Notes: a model not told the origin generated them from the letters alone. Shown: positions 13,171 through 27,831, numbered from the whole stretch's first letter. The stretch is 63,229 nt of DNA, filler included, from Octopus bimaculoides (GCF_001194135.2; 7 parts of 7 records of this genome joined end to end with filler, not necessarily neighbours in it); one strand, 5' to 3'. Numbers and translations are program-made.

Positions 13171-14574
13171 ATAATGCTAAAAGATGTTACAACTAAAACC
13201 ATCGAATCTTATTTTCCGACATAAGTCTATCTAGGATTCTAGATTTCAAGGTGATTTGGCTGCGATTTCTAACAGGTGGTTGAAATATCAAAGAAATTAC
13301 GGAGTTCAGCAAACGAAAGATGTTGAAAAATTGTCAGACGAATTGGCTGAAAAGAATACGATGGCGAGAGAGTGAGACCAGAACGATGTAGTGATGATGA
13401 TGCTGGGTAGGAATATGATGACTGGATAAAAGTCACAGAAAAAGAAGGTATTTGACCAGGGACAAAAATAAATCATGGTGGAAAAGTGTCACATTTGATT
13501 TAAACTAAACCGTATTTACTCGCGTATAAATCGAACTCATGTATAATTTAGCGTTAAAGTTTGGTACAAATTTTTCTCCCTCATAATTTTACAGCTTTAT
13601 CCTGTACTTTTCTCGAGTAAATCGCACTAATAACACGAGAAAAAATTGTGAAGTACCAGTCAAATGTTGGAGTTGATTTAATCGACTGTTCCCTACATCC
13701 TCACTAGAAAATAAAAATTCTGGCTTTTTGCTTCTCTAAAATTTCTGCTGATATTACAGAAAAGGCTAAAGTTCCTTCCCGAGTGATGTGCACTCATAAA
13801 GCTGGTTTCCTGGATTCTGTGACATATGTATTCTTCCCTCCCTAGATGGGACGCCACTCCATCGCAGCAATGCATCGCCCGGTAGAAGAATCGAAACTAC
13901 AATCTTACGATCATGAGTCCGACACGCTAAACCACTACGTCATGAGCCTCCGACAATACATAATTGGTATACAAAGTCAACAACAACAACACTGATAATT
14001 GTTGGTTTAGCTAAAAGGCCAGCAATTTTTGGAGGAGGAAATCAATCGCTTAATATCGATCCAGTGTTTGACAGGTACCTTTATTTTATCGACCCTGGAA
14101 TGGTGAAAGGCAAAAATTATCGTCGACGAAATTTGAATTCAGAATGTAAAAAAGTCGGAACAAATAGCTCAAGACATTTTGTCCAATCTCTAACCATTCT
14201 ACACCTCCCTACCTTGACCTCACATACTGATTAGATTACATTTATGTAATGTAAAATAAAAACAATGTTTTCTATTCGAGTTTGGCTCTGCTCTGATTTA
14301 TTTCCCTCTCTCACTGCTTTGCTTTGGATCCGTTACTTCAGCACTTTCCATCCCTTCATCTTTTCTGCCCACTCTCCTCAGGCTCCTCCTCCATACGGTC
14401 CTACCCTTTCCGTCTGGAAACCAACCAGGCATAACCAACCGAGACTATGGATATTATCCAATCATCCCGGTCTCGGTCTACTCCAAGTTCTCCTCTTGGT
14501 TCACTTGGCTTCCAGAATATATCTTGTGATTCGTTCCTGCAACATTCTAACCGCATTCCACTTTCAACCTTTTA

Positions 14575-14830
14575 TTGAAAGGTTCGATTCCCGGCGGCGC
14601 GTTGTGTTCTTGAACAAGACACTTTATGTCCCGTTGCTTCAGTCAACTCAGATAGCAAAAATGTGTCGTACCTGTATTTCAAAGGGCCAGATTTGTTACA
14701 CTCTATGAGAATTACATTAAATGAACATGTGTCTGTGGAGTACTCAGCCACTTGCATGTTAATTTCACGAGCAGGCTGTTCCGTTTATCGGATTGACTGG
14801 AACGTTCATCATCGTAACCGACGGAAGACC
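14575..14830 (+). mobile_element. SINE of a second family
   Basis: ggttcgattcccgg B-box-like head, gtgttcttgaacaagacacttta, then gtgtctgtggagtactcagccacttgc. Confidence 0.6.
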
Positions 14831-15820
14831 AGTTTATTTGTTCCCTTTATAATTTTGTTTATTTAAACATGTAACACAAACACATCTTTCTAGACTGCAT
14901 CTCTAAACTGAGCAGATTCATTAAAGTTAGCTTCTAATTACGAATCCAGTTAACCGCTTCCTGAAACAAACAGAAAACAACAGACACTCATTAGACGAGA
15001 TGTGAGTTCCTCCACTTGGTCATTTGACATGTTAGAAATAGCAGTCAAATCTTCCTCAAACTTCATTCTATCTCTTTAACAAAAGAACACATTGGCCGAT
15101 TAATAGAAGCTATTGATCACATATCAGTTCGATCAGGGTAGTTATTGATAAACAACCACCTACAGTGATGCACTCTCTGCCGACCATCCACTTTAAAATC
15201 AACATCCACCCACACGTTTAACGTTTAACATTTGTTCATACATGATTTTTTTNNNNNNNNNNCACACGTTTAACGTTTAACATTTGTTCATACATGATTT
15301 TTTAAAAAATACAGCGGAGGGGGGCGGTTAGAAAATGGTGGCCGGTAAGAAAAACAGGTAAACGAAGAACTTAAACGACCATGTTTATTCACAGCAGTTT
15401 CCAAAGGATTAACCTTAATATAATTTTAATGCTTCGCTGCTTAATATATCTCTGTTCTAACTACAGAGCACTTTATATATTGAAAACAGACACAAGACCT
15501 TTATGCTGTACAAGACTTCTCCACATTGAATCGACGGGCGTCCCGGAATTTGATTCTGACAGATATGCGATGCAGGATATCTGCAGAAAATATCAAATTG
15601 CATCAAGACATTTAGTTGTCTGCGAGTAATTCCTTGTTCGGTGAGATTACCAAGGAAAATGGAACGACAATAGGAAGATGCGCAGAAGTTGAGGCAGAAG
15701 AAAAAGAATCTGCTTTATTTTATATGTATATATATGCGCACGCGCGTGTGTGTACATGTATGTATGGATATACGTATATATCTATATTTACATATACATG
15801 TGTGTGTGTGCGTGTGTGTG

Positions 15821-15879
<59 letters not shown>

Positions 15880-16039
15880 AATTATGTTCGCGTTTATGTA
15901 ATTATAGGTGTATGTACACATATATACGCATACACATATTTATAAATATGCACATGTATATACGTATATATATATGTACATATAAATACACACACATACG
16001 CACATACACACACATGTTCTTTTATTCTTTTTTTTTTTT

Positions 16040-16403
16040 GTATTTCAGTCATTTAACTGCGGCCATGCTGGAAAACTGCCTTTTAGTCGAAGAAATCGAC
16101 CCCAGGACTTATTCTTTGTAAGTCTATACTTATTCTATCGGTCTCTTTTGCCGAACCGCTAATTTACGGAGACGTAAACACACAGACAGTGGTTGTCAAT
16201 CGATGGTAGTGGGTGGAGGGGAACAAACACAAAACACGAAGACACACACACAAGTATATGTGTTTGTCCCTCCCCCCACTACCATCGCTTGACAACCGAT
16301 GTCTGTGTGTTTAAGTCTCCGTAAATTAGCAGTTCAGCAAAAGAGACCGATAGAGTAAGTATAGGCTGACAATTTTAATTCCTGGGGTAGATTTCTTCGA
16401 CTA
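16040..16403. repeat. Inverted pair of SINE copies (fold-back)
   Basis: Arms 16084-16231 and 16259-16403 are reverse-complementary with a spacer of about 27 nt. Confidence 0.85.
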
Positions 16404-16424
16404 TATTTATATATATATACGCAT

Positions 16425-16459
<35 letters not shown>

Positions 16460-16629
16460 CATACACATATACACACATATGCAAATATATATAGAGAGAG
16501 GGGGAGCTGAGAGAAGGGTGAGAAGATAGGTAATGTGCATATATATGCAAATTAAGGATATAAAGGCACAATAAAGAATTCGTTAAAATTGAATTGAAGA
16601 AGTTGAAATATAAAATTTTATGTGCTTAC

Positions 16630-16812
16630 CATTTTCTGATCGAGCATATTTCGACTCACCACAGCATGTATATTCCTGGGATGGGTGCTAAGTCTTTTAC
16701 TGATCTGACCTTGGATGGGGGAACTCTGTAATAATGTCCAGATATTGCAGAAACATAACGAAAAACTGTTTAGGAACAAAAGGACTTCAAAATATCGATT
16801 TTCACGTTTCAT
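16630..16812 (-). CDS. dkk: Dickkopf-family (Dkk3-like) secreted protein, first coding exon: signal peptide and N-terminal region (61 codons)
   Basis: ATG at 16812 in an aacaacATG context. Translates MKRENRYFEVLLFLNSFSLCFC-NIWTLLQSSPIQGQISKRLSTHPRNIHAVVSRNMLDQKM, with a hydrophobic N-terminus resembling a signal peptide. Ends at a canonical phase-0 donor ATG|GTAAGC that matches the phase-0 acceptor at 11356. A strong acceptor (tctttcatttacag|) at 16986 has no ATG between it and 16812. Confidence 0.8.
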
Positions 16813-17645
16813 GTTGTTTTTTGTTGTTGTTGTTTCTCTATTTTGTATTGATGAAAACAAATCAATCAGTTTTATCTTCAATCAAACTAAATCCCTCGTC
16901 TGGCGATATTGCAAATATTATCGTCTGCTTTGATGATTTAACTCAAGAATATACCTATTATAAACGCGGTAGGAGGTGAATGGAGTCTGTAAATGAAAGA
17001 TTTAACAGCATAAATTTATTCAGCTGATAAATATTTTGTTGATTTCAGATGATATCAAATCAAATAAATCTATATTTATTTGTCCGTAATTTCTTTGAAT
17101 GTGTAAGATTTAAACGATTTTTTTCTGTCACTTGAAATAAATATCACAAAAGAAAATGGCGGAAAAGCATAAAATATAAATACATGTTTGTGTATGTATG
17201 TGTAAATAAAAAAGTTATTGTTGTATTTATATAAATATGATATATATTATCGATTAGATAGTTATTTTCAGTATTTGTGCTCTTGCCATTTGTTTCATTA
17301 AACGTTTTAAGAGTCGGAAGCAAAAGTCTTGCTGGCGTTTTATTTGCTTCGAAGCTGTTTAGAATTTCAGTTGTTTCAAAACGTGATTTTGTCCGGTGGC
17401 AGAATAAATGGTAGAAACATCTGAGGAGAGAAATTCACCATTCCATTTGAAAAAATAATAGTAAAAAAGGCGAAACCTTGAGATACCTTTAAAGGGTCAG
17501 GTGGATTCCTCTTAACTAGTCTTTCAAAGTTGAGCGCAGTTTCTTTTATATATATGTGCGTGTATGTGAATTTGTGAGCAGATAGATATGTGTATATGAA
17601 TACGTGTGTGCCAGTAGATATATACACACATGCACACAAACGCTT

Positions 17646-17684
<39 letters not shown>

Positions 17685-18398
17685 ACGTGTGGGGGTTGTA
17701 TTTGTGTAAGTGAATAATAAATAGAGGTTTTGTTGACACCTATACTGACAATATAATTTAAATGCTGAAAGCATACACGCGCGCGCGCAGATGGCGAAAA
17801 TGAAATTAAAAAGTGAAGAATGGAGGGGAGGGGAAGAGAAGAGAGGGAGTTAGAAGGGTGGGAAACTGGGGAAGTTGGGATATTTGTGTGAGGTGAGGGA
17901 TGTGTATGTGTGAATGTGTGTGTGTATAGGTGTGGTAAGTGGATGTTGAAGTATAAAAGTGATAAAATGTGTGTTGTGAATGTGGATGTAGAGGGGGGTG
18001 AGTAGATAACAGCGTCATGACCAAATTGTGGTGGGGTGGGGCAAGATGAGGGCGTAAAGTTTTAAAACAACAACAACAACAAAAGTTGGAGAAAAGAAGA
18101 AGGAAAAATGCAAAAAAAAAGTAAGGAGAGAAGAAAGAATTGAAAGAAAGGAACGAAGAGAAAAGAAGAAAATAAAGAACTAAGACTGCAAGGTGGTGGG
18201 GGTGGGGTGGGGTGGGGGGTTAATGAATGAGAGAAAGAGGAAGGAGAGAAGGAAAGGAAAGAAAGTAAAATTGTAATGGCATATTGAAGGAAAGAGANNN
18301 NNNNNNNNNNNNNNNNNNNNNNNNNNNNNNNNNNNNNNNNNTTAATTAATTAANNNNNNNNNNNNNNNNNNNNNNNNNNNNNNNNNNNNNNNNNNNNT

Positions 18399-18780
18399 GA
18401 TGTTTCAATACCAGCAGATGACAACGTTTCTCTAAAAGAAATGGAAAAACTTTCAAAATACAAAGACCTGGAAATAGAGATAACTCGAATGTGGAATCTA
18501 AAAACAGAAACAATTCCTATCATAGTAGGTGCCTTAGGTATAATAAAAAAATATTCAGACAAATACATAACAAAAACACCAGGACTTACAAATATATATA
18601 ACATACAGAAAATTGCACTACTGGGTACTGCACACATTCTACGCAAAACACTTTCAATACAGTAAACATAAGAGCACCACAGCAAACCACAGCACATACC
18701 CAAGGCGCACAGAGCTGCGCTCGGTAGTGAAGTGAAAGCACGTTATAAAAATAAAACTACTGAATAATAATAATAATAAT
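18399..18780 (+). mobile_element. RLE LINE 3' end (subfamily shared with 40473-40764 and 42310-42791)
   Basis: EKLSKYKDLEIEITRMWNLKTETIPIIVGALG...TAHILRKTLSIQ*, a conserved 3' UTR and an (AAT)n tail. Confidence 0.9.
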
Positions 18781-19454
18781 TGTTTCAAATTTTGGTACAA
18801 GGGCAGCAATTTTTAGAGGAGGAGGGGACCAGTTAATTACATTGAGCCCAATTCCTGACTGGGCCTTTATTTCATCAACCCTGAAAGGATGTAAGAGAAA
18901 GTTGACCAAGGTGGGAATTATTTCAAATTATGACTCAAGGCCAGCAATCTTAGGAGGATGAAGATGTTATTCAGTACCACGAACTCCAGTTATTGATTGG
19001 TACTTTCTTTTATTCATTTTCAAGAGATGAAAAGCAAAGTTAACGGCAGTGGGATTTGAACTCAGAATAAAAAGAGCCAGAAGACATACTGCATGGTATT
19101 TTGTCTGATGCTCTAAGGGTTCTGTTAATTCTCTGCTCTTAATTGTTTTTGATTTAGGCACAAGACCAGCAATTTCAGGGGAGGGGGCCTTTGATTATAT
19201 TGGCCTCAGTACTTTAATGGTGCCTTCTTTTATTAATCTTAGAGGGATGAAATGTAAAGTTAACCTCAGTGAAATTTGAACTCAGAATGTAAAGAGAAAT
19301 AGCTAAATATATAAAGAGACACTATATCAGTTCTGCTAAATACTACTACTAATAGTAATAATTTCTGATGCAGGCTCAAAACCACAAATTAGAGGTTGAG
19401 GGATTTACTAGATCCTAATATTTGAACCCAGAAGGATGAGAGATAAAGTTGATC

Positions 19455-20680
19455 AGTGAGACTGAAGTTTAAAAAAATAGCCAACTGGAAAGGACTTGGC
19501 CTGGATGGTGTACAAGGTTATCGGCTGAAGAGTTCATGCAGCTGTATCAAAGGATTGCTGTATAACATTGGTGCAGCTAGAACATGTTCCTACCTGGATG
19601 ACAAGTGGATGAACATCGTTATGTTCCAAAATCCCCTTGAAAGGTAAATTGGTATCAAATTTTCAATCTATAGCCTGTTTACCACTTATAAGGAAGCTCA
19701 TGGCAAGAGTCATGGTGGAAAAGTTATGCAACCATTTGTTAAGTAACAATTTACTTCCAGTAGAGCAGAAAGGATGCAGGAAGCAAAGTAGGGCAACTAA
19801 AGACCAGTGATTATTTGATTAAAATGATAATTAGAAATTGTAGTCACAGGTTGATGATGGAACTGAGTGTTGCATGGTTGGATTACAGAAAAGTATGACA
19901 TGGTACTACACAATTAGATAAGTAAAACAATGAACATGCTTGGAATGGCAGAAAATATGGAGAAAATGGTCAATGAAACTGTGAAACACTGGAATACTGA
20001 ATTGATTGGAGGAAAACAAAGACTTGGGATGAAATGATTGCATGCTTTGTTACAGAATGTCACAAGCTCGCTCAAGGATAATATAAGAAATGGAGGCATG
20101 ACCAAGTTTAAAAGTTTTCCATTGGAAACTTTGTCAGAAGTGGAGGTTTGAAGCTGGTAGTACATGGTATAACCATTGGGTTGAAAGAGGGCGTGAGTTG
20201 GAGAAATACAAGGTTTTATGGGATTTTCCAATTCAAACAGACAAGAAGATAGAAAATAATAAAGCAGCTATAACAATAATAAACGTGGGAAAGTGAAGCT
20301 GCTTACTAATTGAGTCATCTTGTCTGTTTGATTCCAGGATCAAAACAGAAGACAAAAAAAAAAAAAATACAATCCATTAAAATTTGAAATTGTAAGAATT
20401 TGGAATATGAAAACTTCAAAGATTGTGCCTATAATAATTGGTGCATTTGGGACTGTGAGTAATGATATAGACAAATGTTTGAAGGTGATTGGAATGGAAT
20501 GTCTGTAGAGCTTCTACAGAATGTCTGCCTTTTAGGAACATGAAAAATTATCAGAAAAATTTTGAGCACTTGAAAGATTATTGAAAGCTTGTGAATATCT
20601 AAGGTTACAGGTGGTAACCCACAACCCACAGAAATTCTGCCAGGAATAAGAACAAACCTGAGTCAAATCAAATAATAATT
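19455..20680 (+). mobile_element. R4/Dong-like RLE LINE, degraded
   Basis: GLDGVQGY.LK, EQKGCRKQSRATKDQ and WLDYRK (RT), then GFSIQTDK and IVPIIIGAFG (RLE). Confidence 0.8.
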
Positions 20681-20759
20681 GTGGTTGACAGGTCCTATCA
20701 AACTGTCCTACCTATACCAGCAAGACCACTGTTAAATGATGATGATGAAGCTCACACAT

Positions 20760-20802
<43 letters not shown>

Positions 20803-20826
20803 CACAGATATGCATACACATACATT

Positions 20827-20870
<44 letters not shown>

Positions 20871-20908
20871 GGTGTCCATGTATACATATATACATATATA
20901 CATATGTT

Positions 20909-20954
<46 letters not shown>

Positions 20955-22279
20955 CACANNNNNNNNNNATATATATATATATATATATATATAAACAAAT
21001 ATATATATACATACACACATACACACACACATGCATGCATACACAAACAGTCACAAACACACACACACACATAGAATACAAATAAATAAATAAATATCAG
21101 ATTAAAGAGATTAACCTACACAGAAAAATGTTTTATTAGCGTAACTGCATTGTTAATTTAGGTAAAAGCCTTTAATAATTTTATGTAATGGTTTCTTGGT
21201 TTCTATTTGATTGGATGAGGCAGTTGACACCTCTTCCTCTCACTTGTACATATCCTCAAATTACAGAAAGCAAAACAAATAAATAAATAAAACAAAATAA
21301 AACCATCCCCGCTCCTCTCAATTTGTTTATCATTATGAGCGCCAGCTACAGCTGAAGGTGGTGGATGGGTGGGAGTAGTAGAGTTAATAAGATTTCTTTG
21401 CTAAATAATACAAAGACTCAGTCTGTGGGGGAAAAGAGATTGCGAATAATAATGATTTCACATTTTGACGCAAGGCCAGCAATTTTGAGTGGGGTAAGTA
21501 AATTACATCGACCCCCAATGCTCAAACTGGTACTTATTTTAGCAACCCTGAATGGAAGAAAGGCAAAACCAACCTTGGTGGAATTCGAACTCAGAATGTA
21601 AGGAGGGATGAAATGCTGCTAAGCATTTTTCCCAGTGCACTAACGGTTCTGCCAGCTTAGAGAGTGCCTTAGAAAGTGCTAATATAAATGAATTCTGAGT
21701 TAGGCACAAGGCCAGCAATTTTAAAGGAGGTGGTAAGTCAATTACATTGACCCCTAATGTTCAACTGGTACCTATTTTATCAACCCCGAAAGAATGAAAG
21801 GCAAAGTTGAACAGACAGCAAGAAATAGAAATAGAAACAAAATTGAAGGAAGAAGAAAAACTGATAATAATAATAAAAATTATAATCCTTTCTACTATTG
21901 GCACAAGGCCTGACATTTTGGGAGAGGAGGCTAGTTGATTGCATCAACCCAAGTGCTCAACAAGTACTTATTTTATTGATCCCCAATGCTCAACTGATAC
22001 TTATTTTATTGACTCCAACCCTAGGGCTGGCCCTGGTTATAATAATAATAATATTAATGAGGGGAGAGAGCAAGGTGTTTACATCTATCCTATTACTTAA
22101 CTGGTATTTGATTTTTATCAATGTTGAAAGGATGAAAGGCAAAATTCACTTCAGTTGGATTTGAACTCAGATGTAAAAAGAGAGAAGAAATACCGCTTAG
22201 CGTTTCTTCTGATGCATTTATGATTCTACCAGCTCACCACCTTTAATTGATAATAATGTGCATCGTGATGGCACTCAGG

Positions 22280-22900
22280 GTGAGCTGGTCTGGAAGTTCA
22301 AATATCTTAGCTCACTGGTTGCAGAGAAGAAAGTTGCATTAACAACAGAGATCAACTGCAGAATCAAGTCCATGGTTTCTGTGAGTCTGGAAGAAGCTTA
22401 ACATCTTCCTAAGGACCAAGATCTGTCTTTCCACACACTGGTTCTGACTGCCTTCCTCTACAGTGCTGTGACCTGTATCATCTGCAAGCAGGACCTGAAT
22501 AAGTTTGGGGTATTCCAAATGCACTGTCTTCATCAGATCCTTGGTGTCCCCCTGCATGGCTGAATCTCAAACAACAACATCCAAGGACCATGCCAGCAGC
22601 AGCCAACCAGCAGCTCAAGCTTCAGTGGTTTGGTCATGTCTACAGGATGAGCACTAGAAGACAACCACACCAACTTCTGTGGTGGCAGCAACCTACACAC
22701 TGGAGAATCGAGTGCAGCACACCAAAGAAGACATGGGCAAAACAAAATGAGGAAGATCTGAAGTTGCAACACCTCGACCTTGTGCATGTTAAGGCCAACA
22801 CCATGGATAGGATAAGAAAGCATGGAATAACATCATCACCAGAGTCCATCATCCAGCGGCACTCACAGCAGCATATTGGTTGAGAGGACAGCTTCCCCCT
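22280..22900 (+). mobile_element. RTE-clade LINE RT C-terminal fragment
   Basis: FKYLSSLV, FQMHCLHQILGV and LQWFGHVYRM remnants. Confidence 0.75.
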
Positions 22901-23704
22901 CCGGTTGCCAGCTAGGGATTTCACTTACTTACTGACTTAATTAATTGATAATAATAATAACAACAACAATGATAATAATAATGAGTTTATTGTATAGGCA
23001 GCAATAATAGCAAAAAGTGTGTGCATAGTACACAGTATAAAAGCCTAAATACAAGATGCAATAATATCCCAAAAGGAGGAATAATAACATAAGGAATATA
23101 GTAGCACAGTATGGAAAGCTCAGTTGCTCTCATTACAATGGTAATATGTGAAAACAGTATATTATAAGTGATGAGCTGGCCACAATCATCTGAGACATCC
23201 CTGCTCAAACTAGTAAAGAGACCAAGACAAATATTGTCTGGCTATAATTATCAAAATCAGAAACAAAAGACCGTTCTCTGATAGTAATCACAATGTTTTC
23301 TGGCCAATTTATCCACACGAAGGAGGGTGACAATCTGTCAAAGTACAAGGATCATTAAATTGAAACAAGTGTGAAAATGTGAAAGTGTAGACAGTACCAA
23401 AAACAGGTGAAGCAGTAGGTATGGTGAAAAAGAAGAGTAACAAAGAAATAAAATCATTTCCGACCTAACACTATACACAGATCAAAATATAATCCTGCTG
23501 TGTATAACATCCTATGTATGACATATTCAATGTACAACTCACACTATACACTCTCTGTACAACGCCACTCAATATTCTATATAGTCATTATCCTATGATA
23601 CAGTACAAGATGCATAAAATCATTGTATACAGTCAGCACTCAATGCTACAACACAACACGACCAACATAAACTGTTTACAATCACCACCTAATAAATATA
23701 ACAC

Positions 23705-24422
23705 AATGCACATCATCATCATTTAACATCCGTTTTCCATGCTGGCATGTGTTGGACAGTTTGATAGGAGCTCATAAGGCTGGGAGTCACAGGCTCCATT
23801 GTCTGTTCTGGTATGGTTTCTATGGCTGGATGCCCTGTCTAATGCCAGGCACTTTACAGAGTGTACTGGGTGCTTTTTACATGGCACCAGCACATGACAC
23901 CTCACATATAAAATATACAGGACAATGTATGCATGGCAAATTATGGTCAATCTGGATCACATCCAAACAAAACTATTCCAACTTATAGCTATACTTCTAC
24001 TTGCCAACACTACTATCATGCCCAATCTACCTTCCACTAATGTCCATCCTCAACTCCCTATCTTTTCTCAGGCTGTAGGAAGGTCTGACAAATTTATGAA
24101 TACTGACTTTCTGTCAATGATTAAATAGGAAAAGAGAAATTTAAAACAAAAAACAACATAGAGTAGTAACTATATTTTTACACAACCACTGATGCCACTT
24201 AAAAAGCACCCATGTCGCCAATGCATATACACACCCATGCTGGTGGCATGTAAAAGGCACCCAGCACATTCTGTTAAGTGGTTTGCATTAGGAAGGGCAT
24301 CCACCCATAGAAACCATGCTATAACAGACAGTTGGAATCTGGACAGCTCCCTGCTAGCCAGCTCCATGTCAAACCGTCCAACCCATGCCAGCATGGAAAG
24401 CGGACATTAAACGATGATGATG
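23705..24422. mobile_element. Two oppositely oriented RTE-tail repeats
   Basis: 23705-23900 (-) and 24190-24422 (+) share catgctggcatg / ggatgccc..cc.aatgcca and (GAT)n tails with the RTE 3' UTR at 43979-44280. Confidence 0.7.
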
Positions 24423-24857
24423 ACTACACAACACTATAACACAATGCACGCAAAACATCTTGTATGCAATCAACACTCAATAATATCAAAACATATTTTA
24501 AACAATCACTCCTTCCAGAATGTAAAGAAATCGAAGAAGTATGACTACGTGATGTTTTCGATGTGCTAATCGTTCTGCTAGCTCACCAACACACAACATG
24601 TACATCCAATCACCGCCCAGTAATATAATGCAACATGCATAACAATATAATATAATCTACACACAACATATACTGCACACAGTTGCCAGAAGCACGTAAC
24701 TATTAATGAGCCCCACACTACAGTAAATAATAAAGACACTCTTCTTAATAAAGTTCCAATTTTCTAATAACATATAAACACTTTGACCACGCAATACTGT
24801 TTCAAATACTATTTAAGCCACCTCACTTCATGTAGCTATGGGTTATATTGATTTCCA

Positions 24858-24888
<31 letters not shown>

Positions 24889-25459
24889 AACCTTGAGGGT
24901 AATTAACAGTAACGATCACATAACTATTTTTACTAATACTTAGTAATAGTCTAATATTAATAATATTATATCTGTACAATCTCCTTAGCTTAAGTTTTCC
25001 TGGTCATTAAATTATTATTTAACACTTACACAGACAATAAAAAAAAGAAGAAAAGAATGCAAAATTATAACTTGCAAACTCATTTTATAATAATTTCTGA
25101 CCTTATTATTATTAATACTATTATTACTAAGGTGGTGAAAGATAAAATCAGTAGAGTACCAGACAAAATTAGCTGTGGCATTTAGTCACATTTGTTTTAC
25201 ATTCTGCAAACAAATCACATTGAGGCTAGCTGCATCTCTTATCCTTTTGCGTCTATAAAATAAGTTACCAGTCAAGTAATGATGCATGGCTGTGTGCTAA
25301 GAAGTTTTCATCCCAACCACATGGGCATGGGCTCAGTCCTACTGTGTGGCAACCAGGGCAAGTGTCTTCTACTATAGCCTCAGACTGACTGAAGACTCGT
25401 GAATGGATTTGGTTGGCAGAAACTAAAAGAAATTTATCATATGTGTGTGTGTGTGTGTG

Positions 25460-25507
<48 letters not shown>

Positions 25508-25974
25508 TACACATAATATATGTGTGTGGAAGGGTCTTTGACTCTTATTTCTAGTAATGAAGGTGCTACCCTGCACCCTCAGTCACTATTAGTGACAATT
25601 CGACTGAGGATAGGAAGCTCTGAATGACCTGTTCTTGTTTTTTCCTGTTCTTTTTTGTATTGTCTAACTGTCCAGATGTTTTGTTGTCACCTGTTATGTT
25701 CTTGTTCCATTTCTTATTTTATTTTTTATACATACATACATACATACATACATACATACATACATAAAGGTGGGCATGAATTTGTAGTTAAGAAACTTAC
25801 TTCCTGATCATGTGGTTTCAGTCTCAGTCCCACAGTACAGCATGTTGGGCAAATGTCATTTACCATAGCCCCAGCAGACCAAAGCCTTGTGAATAGATTT
25901 AGTTTGTAGAAGCTGAAAGAAGCTATTCTACTTTTCAATGATATATTTTTGAAACTTCGGTGTGCAGCCTTAGT

Positions 25975-26375
25975 AATGAAATCCATTTGGGAGGAGGTAA
26001 GCAAATGTTTCAAAATGGATTTCATTACCAAGGATACACATCTCGTACTAGAGGAGAACATCTTTAACTTTGATGGTAAAACATATTGAAAACTAAAGGG
26101 CATAGATATGGGGACAAAATATGCACTCACATATGATAACATTGTGATAGGGTTTTAGAAGAAAAGCTATATGTGGAAGACAAGAAAATTTTGGTCAAAA
26201 TGTGAAGGAATATGTCTCTGAAAAGTGGAAACGCTTCCTCAATGACTGCTTATGTTTTGGGAGAAGTCAAATGATGATCTACAAATATTCCATAACATAC
26301 TGAACATCCTTCACCCATCTATCAAATTCATGACAGAAACCAGTCATAATTACTTACTATTCTTAGACATTCACA
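25975..26375 (+). mobile_element. Penelope-like element RT fragment
   Basis: LVLEENIFNFDGKTY*..KGIDMGTK, WKRFLND and FHNILNILHPSIKF..E....FLDI match PLE RT motifs. Confidence 0.75.
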
Positions 26376-26548
26376 TAAAAATATGATAGTCAACAGTAAT
26401 GTTTGTGTGTGTGTTTGTTCCAGCAGTGTGTATGTATGTATGTATGTATGCATGTATGTATGTATGTATGTATGTATATACGTATGTACATATCTATCTA
26501 TCTGTCTGTCTATCTGTCAGTGTGTGTACATCTCTCTCTCTCTCTCCC

Positions 26549-26594
<46 letters not shown>

Positions 26595-26597
<3 letters not shown>

Positions 26598-27790
26598 GGT
26601 GCATCAGTATTATTAAATAGCTCTAACTTTCTTATAACTAATTATTTTTTTAATTTCTTTTTCAGATTAATGATGAATGACATGAAATTAACAAAGTAAA
26701 TGAAAAGGCATGCTGTAATCATTGCCATAAAAGCTCAGCATAAAGATGCAGAAATTGCTGATCCTTTGTTGCCAAATTTAGAGAAGACCTGGAAGCTGCA
26801 GATGGGGATCCAACATTAACAGCAAGATGCAAGACACAAGAACCCAAGAATTTGTGCAGAAAGTACTAGAAAAAATTCAACACAACCCTAGAAAGTCAAT
26901 CAGAGCCCTTGCAAAGGATTTCAAGGTTTCAGAATGCACCATCAAAAGAATTGTGCATGAAGATATCCGCTACAGGTTGTATGTGATGCGAAGAGATCAG
27001 TTCATATCCGGTACAATGAAAGATAATTGTTTGGTCCATGGAAAGTGCTTGCTCTACAAATTCAAACTTTACGAAACTGGACTGCTTTGGTTTTTCTCTG
27101 ATGAGAAGAACTTTGATAAAGACCAAACGGTAAACTCAAGGAATGACAGATGGTTATGCAGAGATCCTAGTGAGGTTCCAGCTGTAATGCATACCAAGTT
27201 TCCAGCACCTGCAATGATTCTGGGAGTCATTAGCAGTGAGGGTCATGTCATGCCTCCCCACTTTTTTTCAGAGGGCTTAAGAGTCAGTACTGCCACCTAC
27301 ACAGATGTATTGGAGAAGGCTGTGAGGCCCTGGATAGACAGTGTAAGCAGTGGAAGACCTTACATCTTCCAACAAGACTCTGCACCATCTCATAAGGCTA
27401 AAATAACCCAAGCTTGGATGCACACCAATTTCCACGATCATATTACCCCAGACACATGGCCTCCTGGCTCACTCGACCTTAATCCACTGGACTATTACAT
27501 ATAGGGCGTGATTGAAAGAAAGGTCAATCAATACTCTCATAACACTATTCGATCTCTTGAGTCCGCTATAACAAAGACCATGTCCGAAATTGATAAAGAC
27601 CATCTGATTCGTGTATGTCAATGCTTCAGATCACGAATTGAAGCTGTCATTAAAGGTAATGGTGGGTTTATTGAATAGAAGTGTTGTAAGGACTCTCAAA
27701 ATTATTTTTACCAATTTTCATTTAATTAAAGTTTTTCTCTGATGTACTATACTTCTTTTTCTTCATTCCTACAAACAACTGATGCACCAG
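26595..27790 (+). mobile_element. maT-family (DD37D) Tc1/mariner transposon, pseudogenised
   Basis: ORF 26827-27504 has FFSDEK...FQQDSAPSH...WPPGSLDLNPLDY with 37 residues between the 2nd and 3rd D. A premature TAG replaces a Trp codon. Ends cagggtgcatcag / ctgatgcaccag are imperfect TIRs. Confidence 0.9.
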
Positions 27791-27796
27791 AGAGCG

Positions 27797-27831
<35 letters not shown>

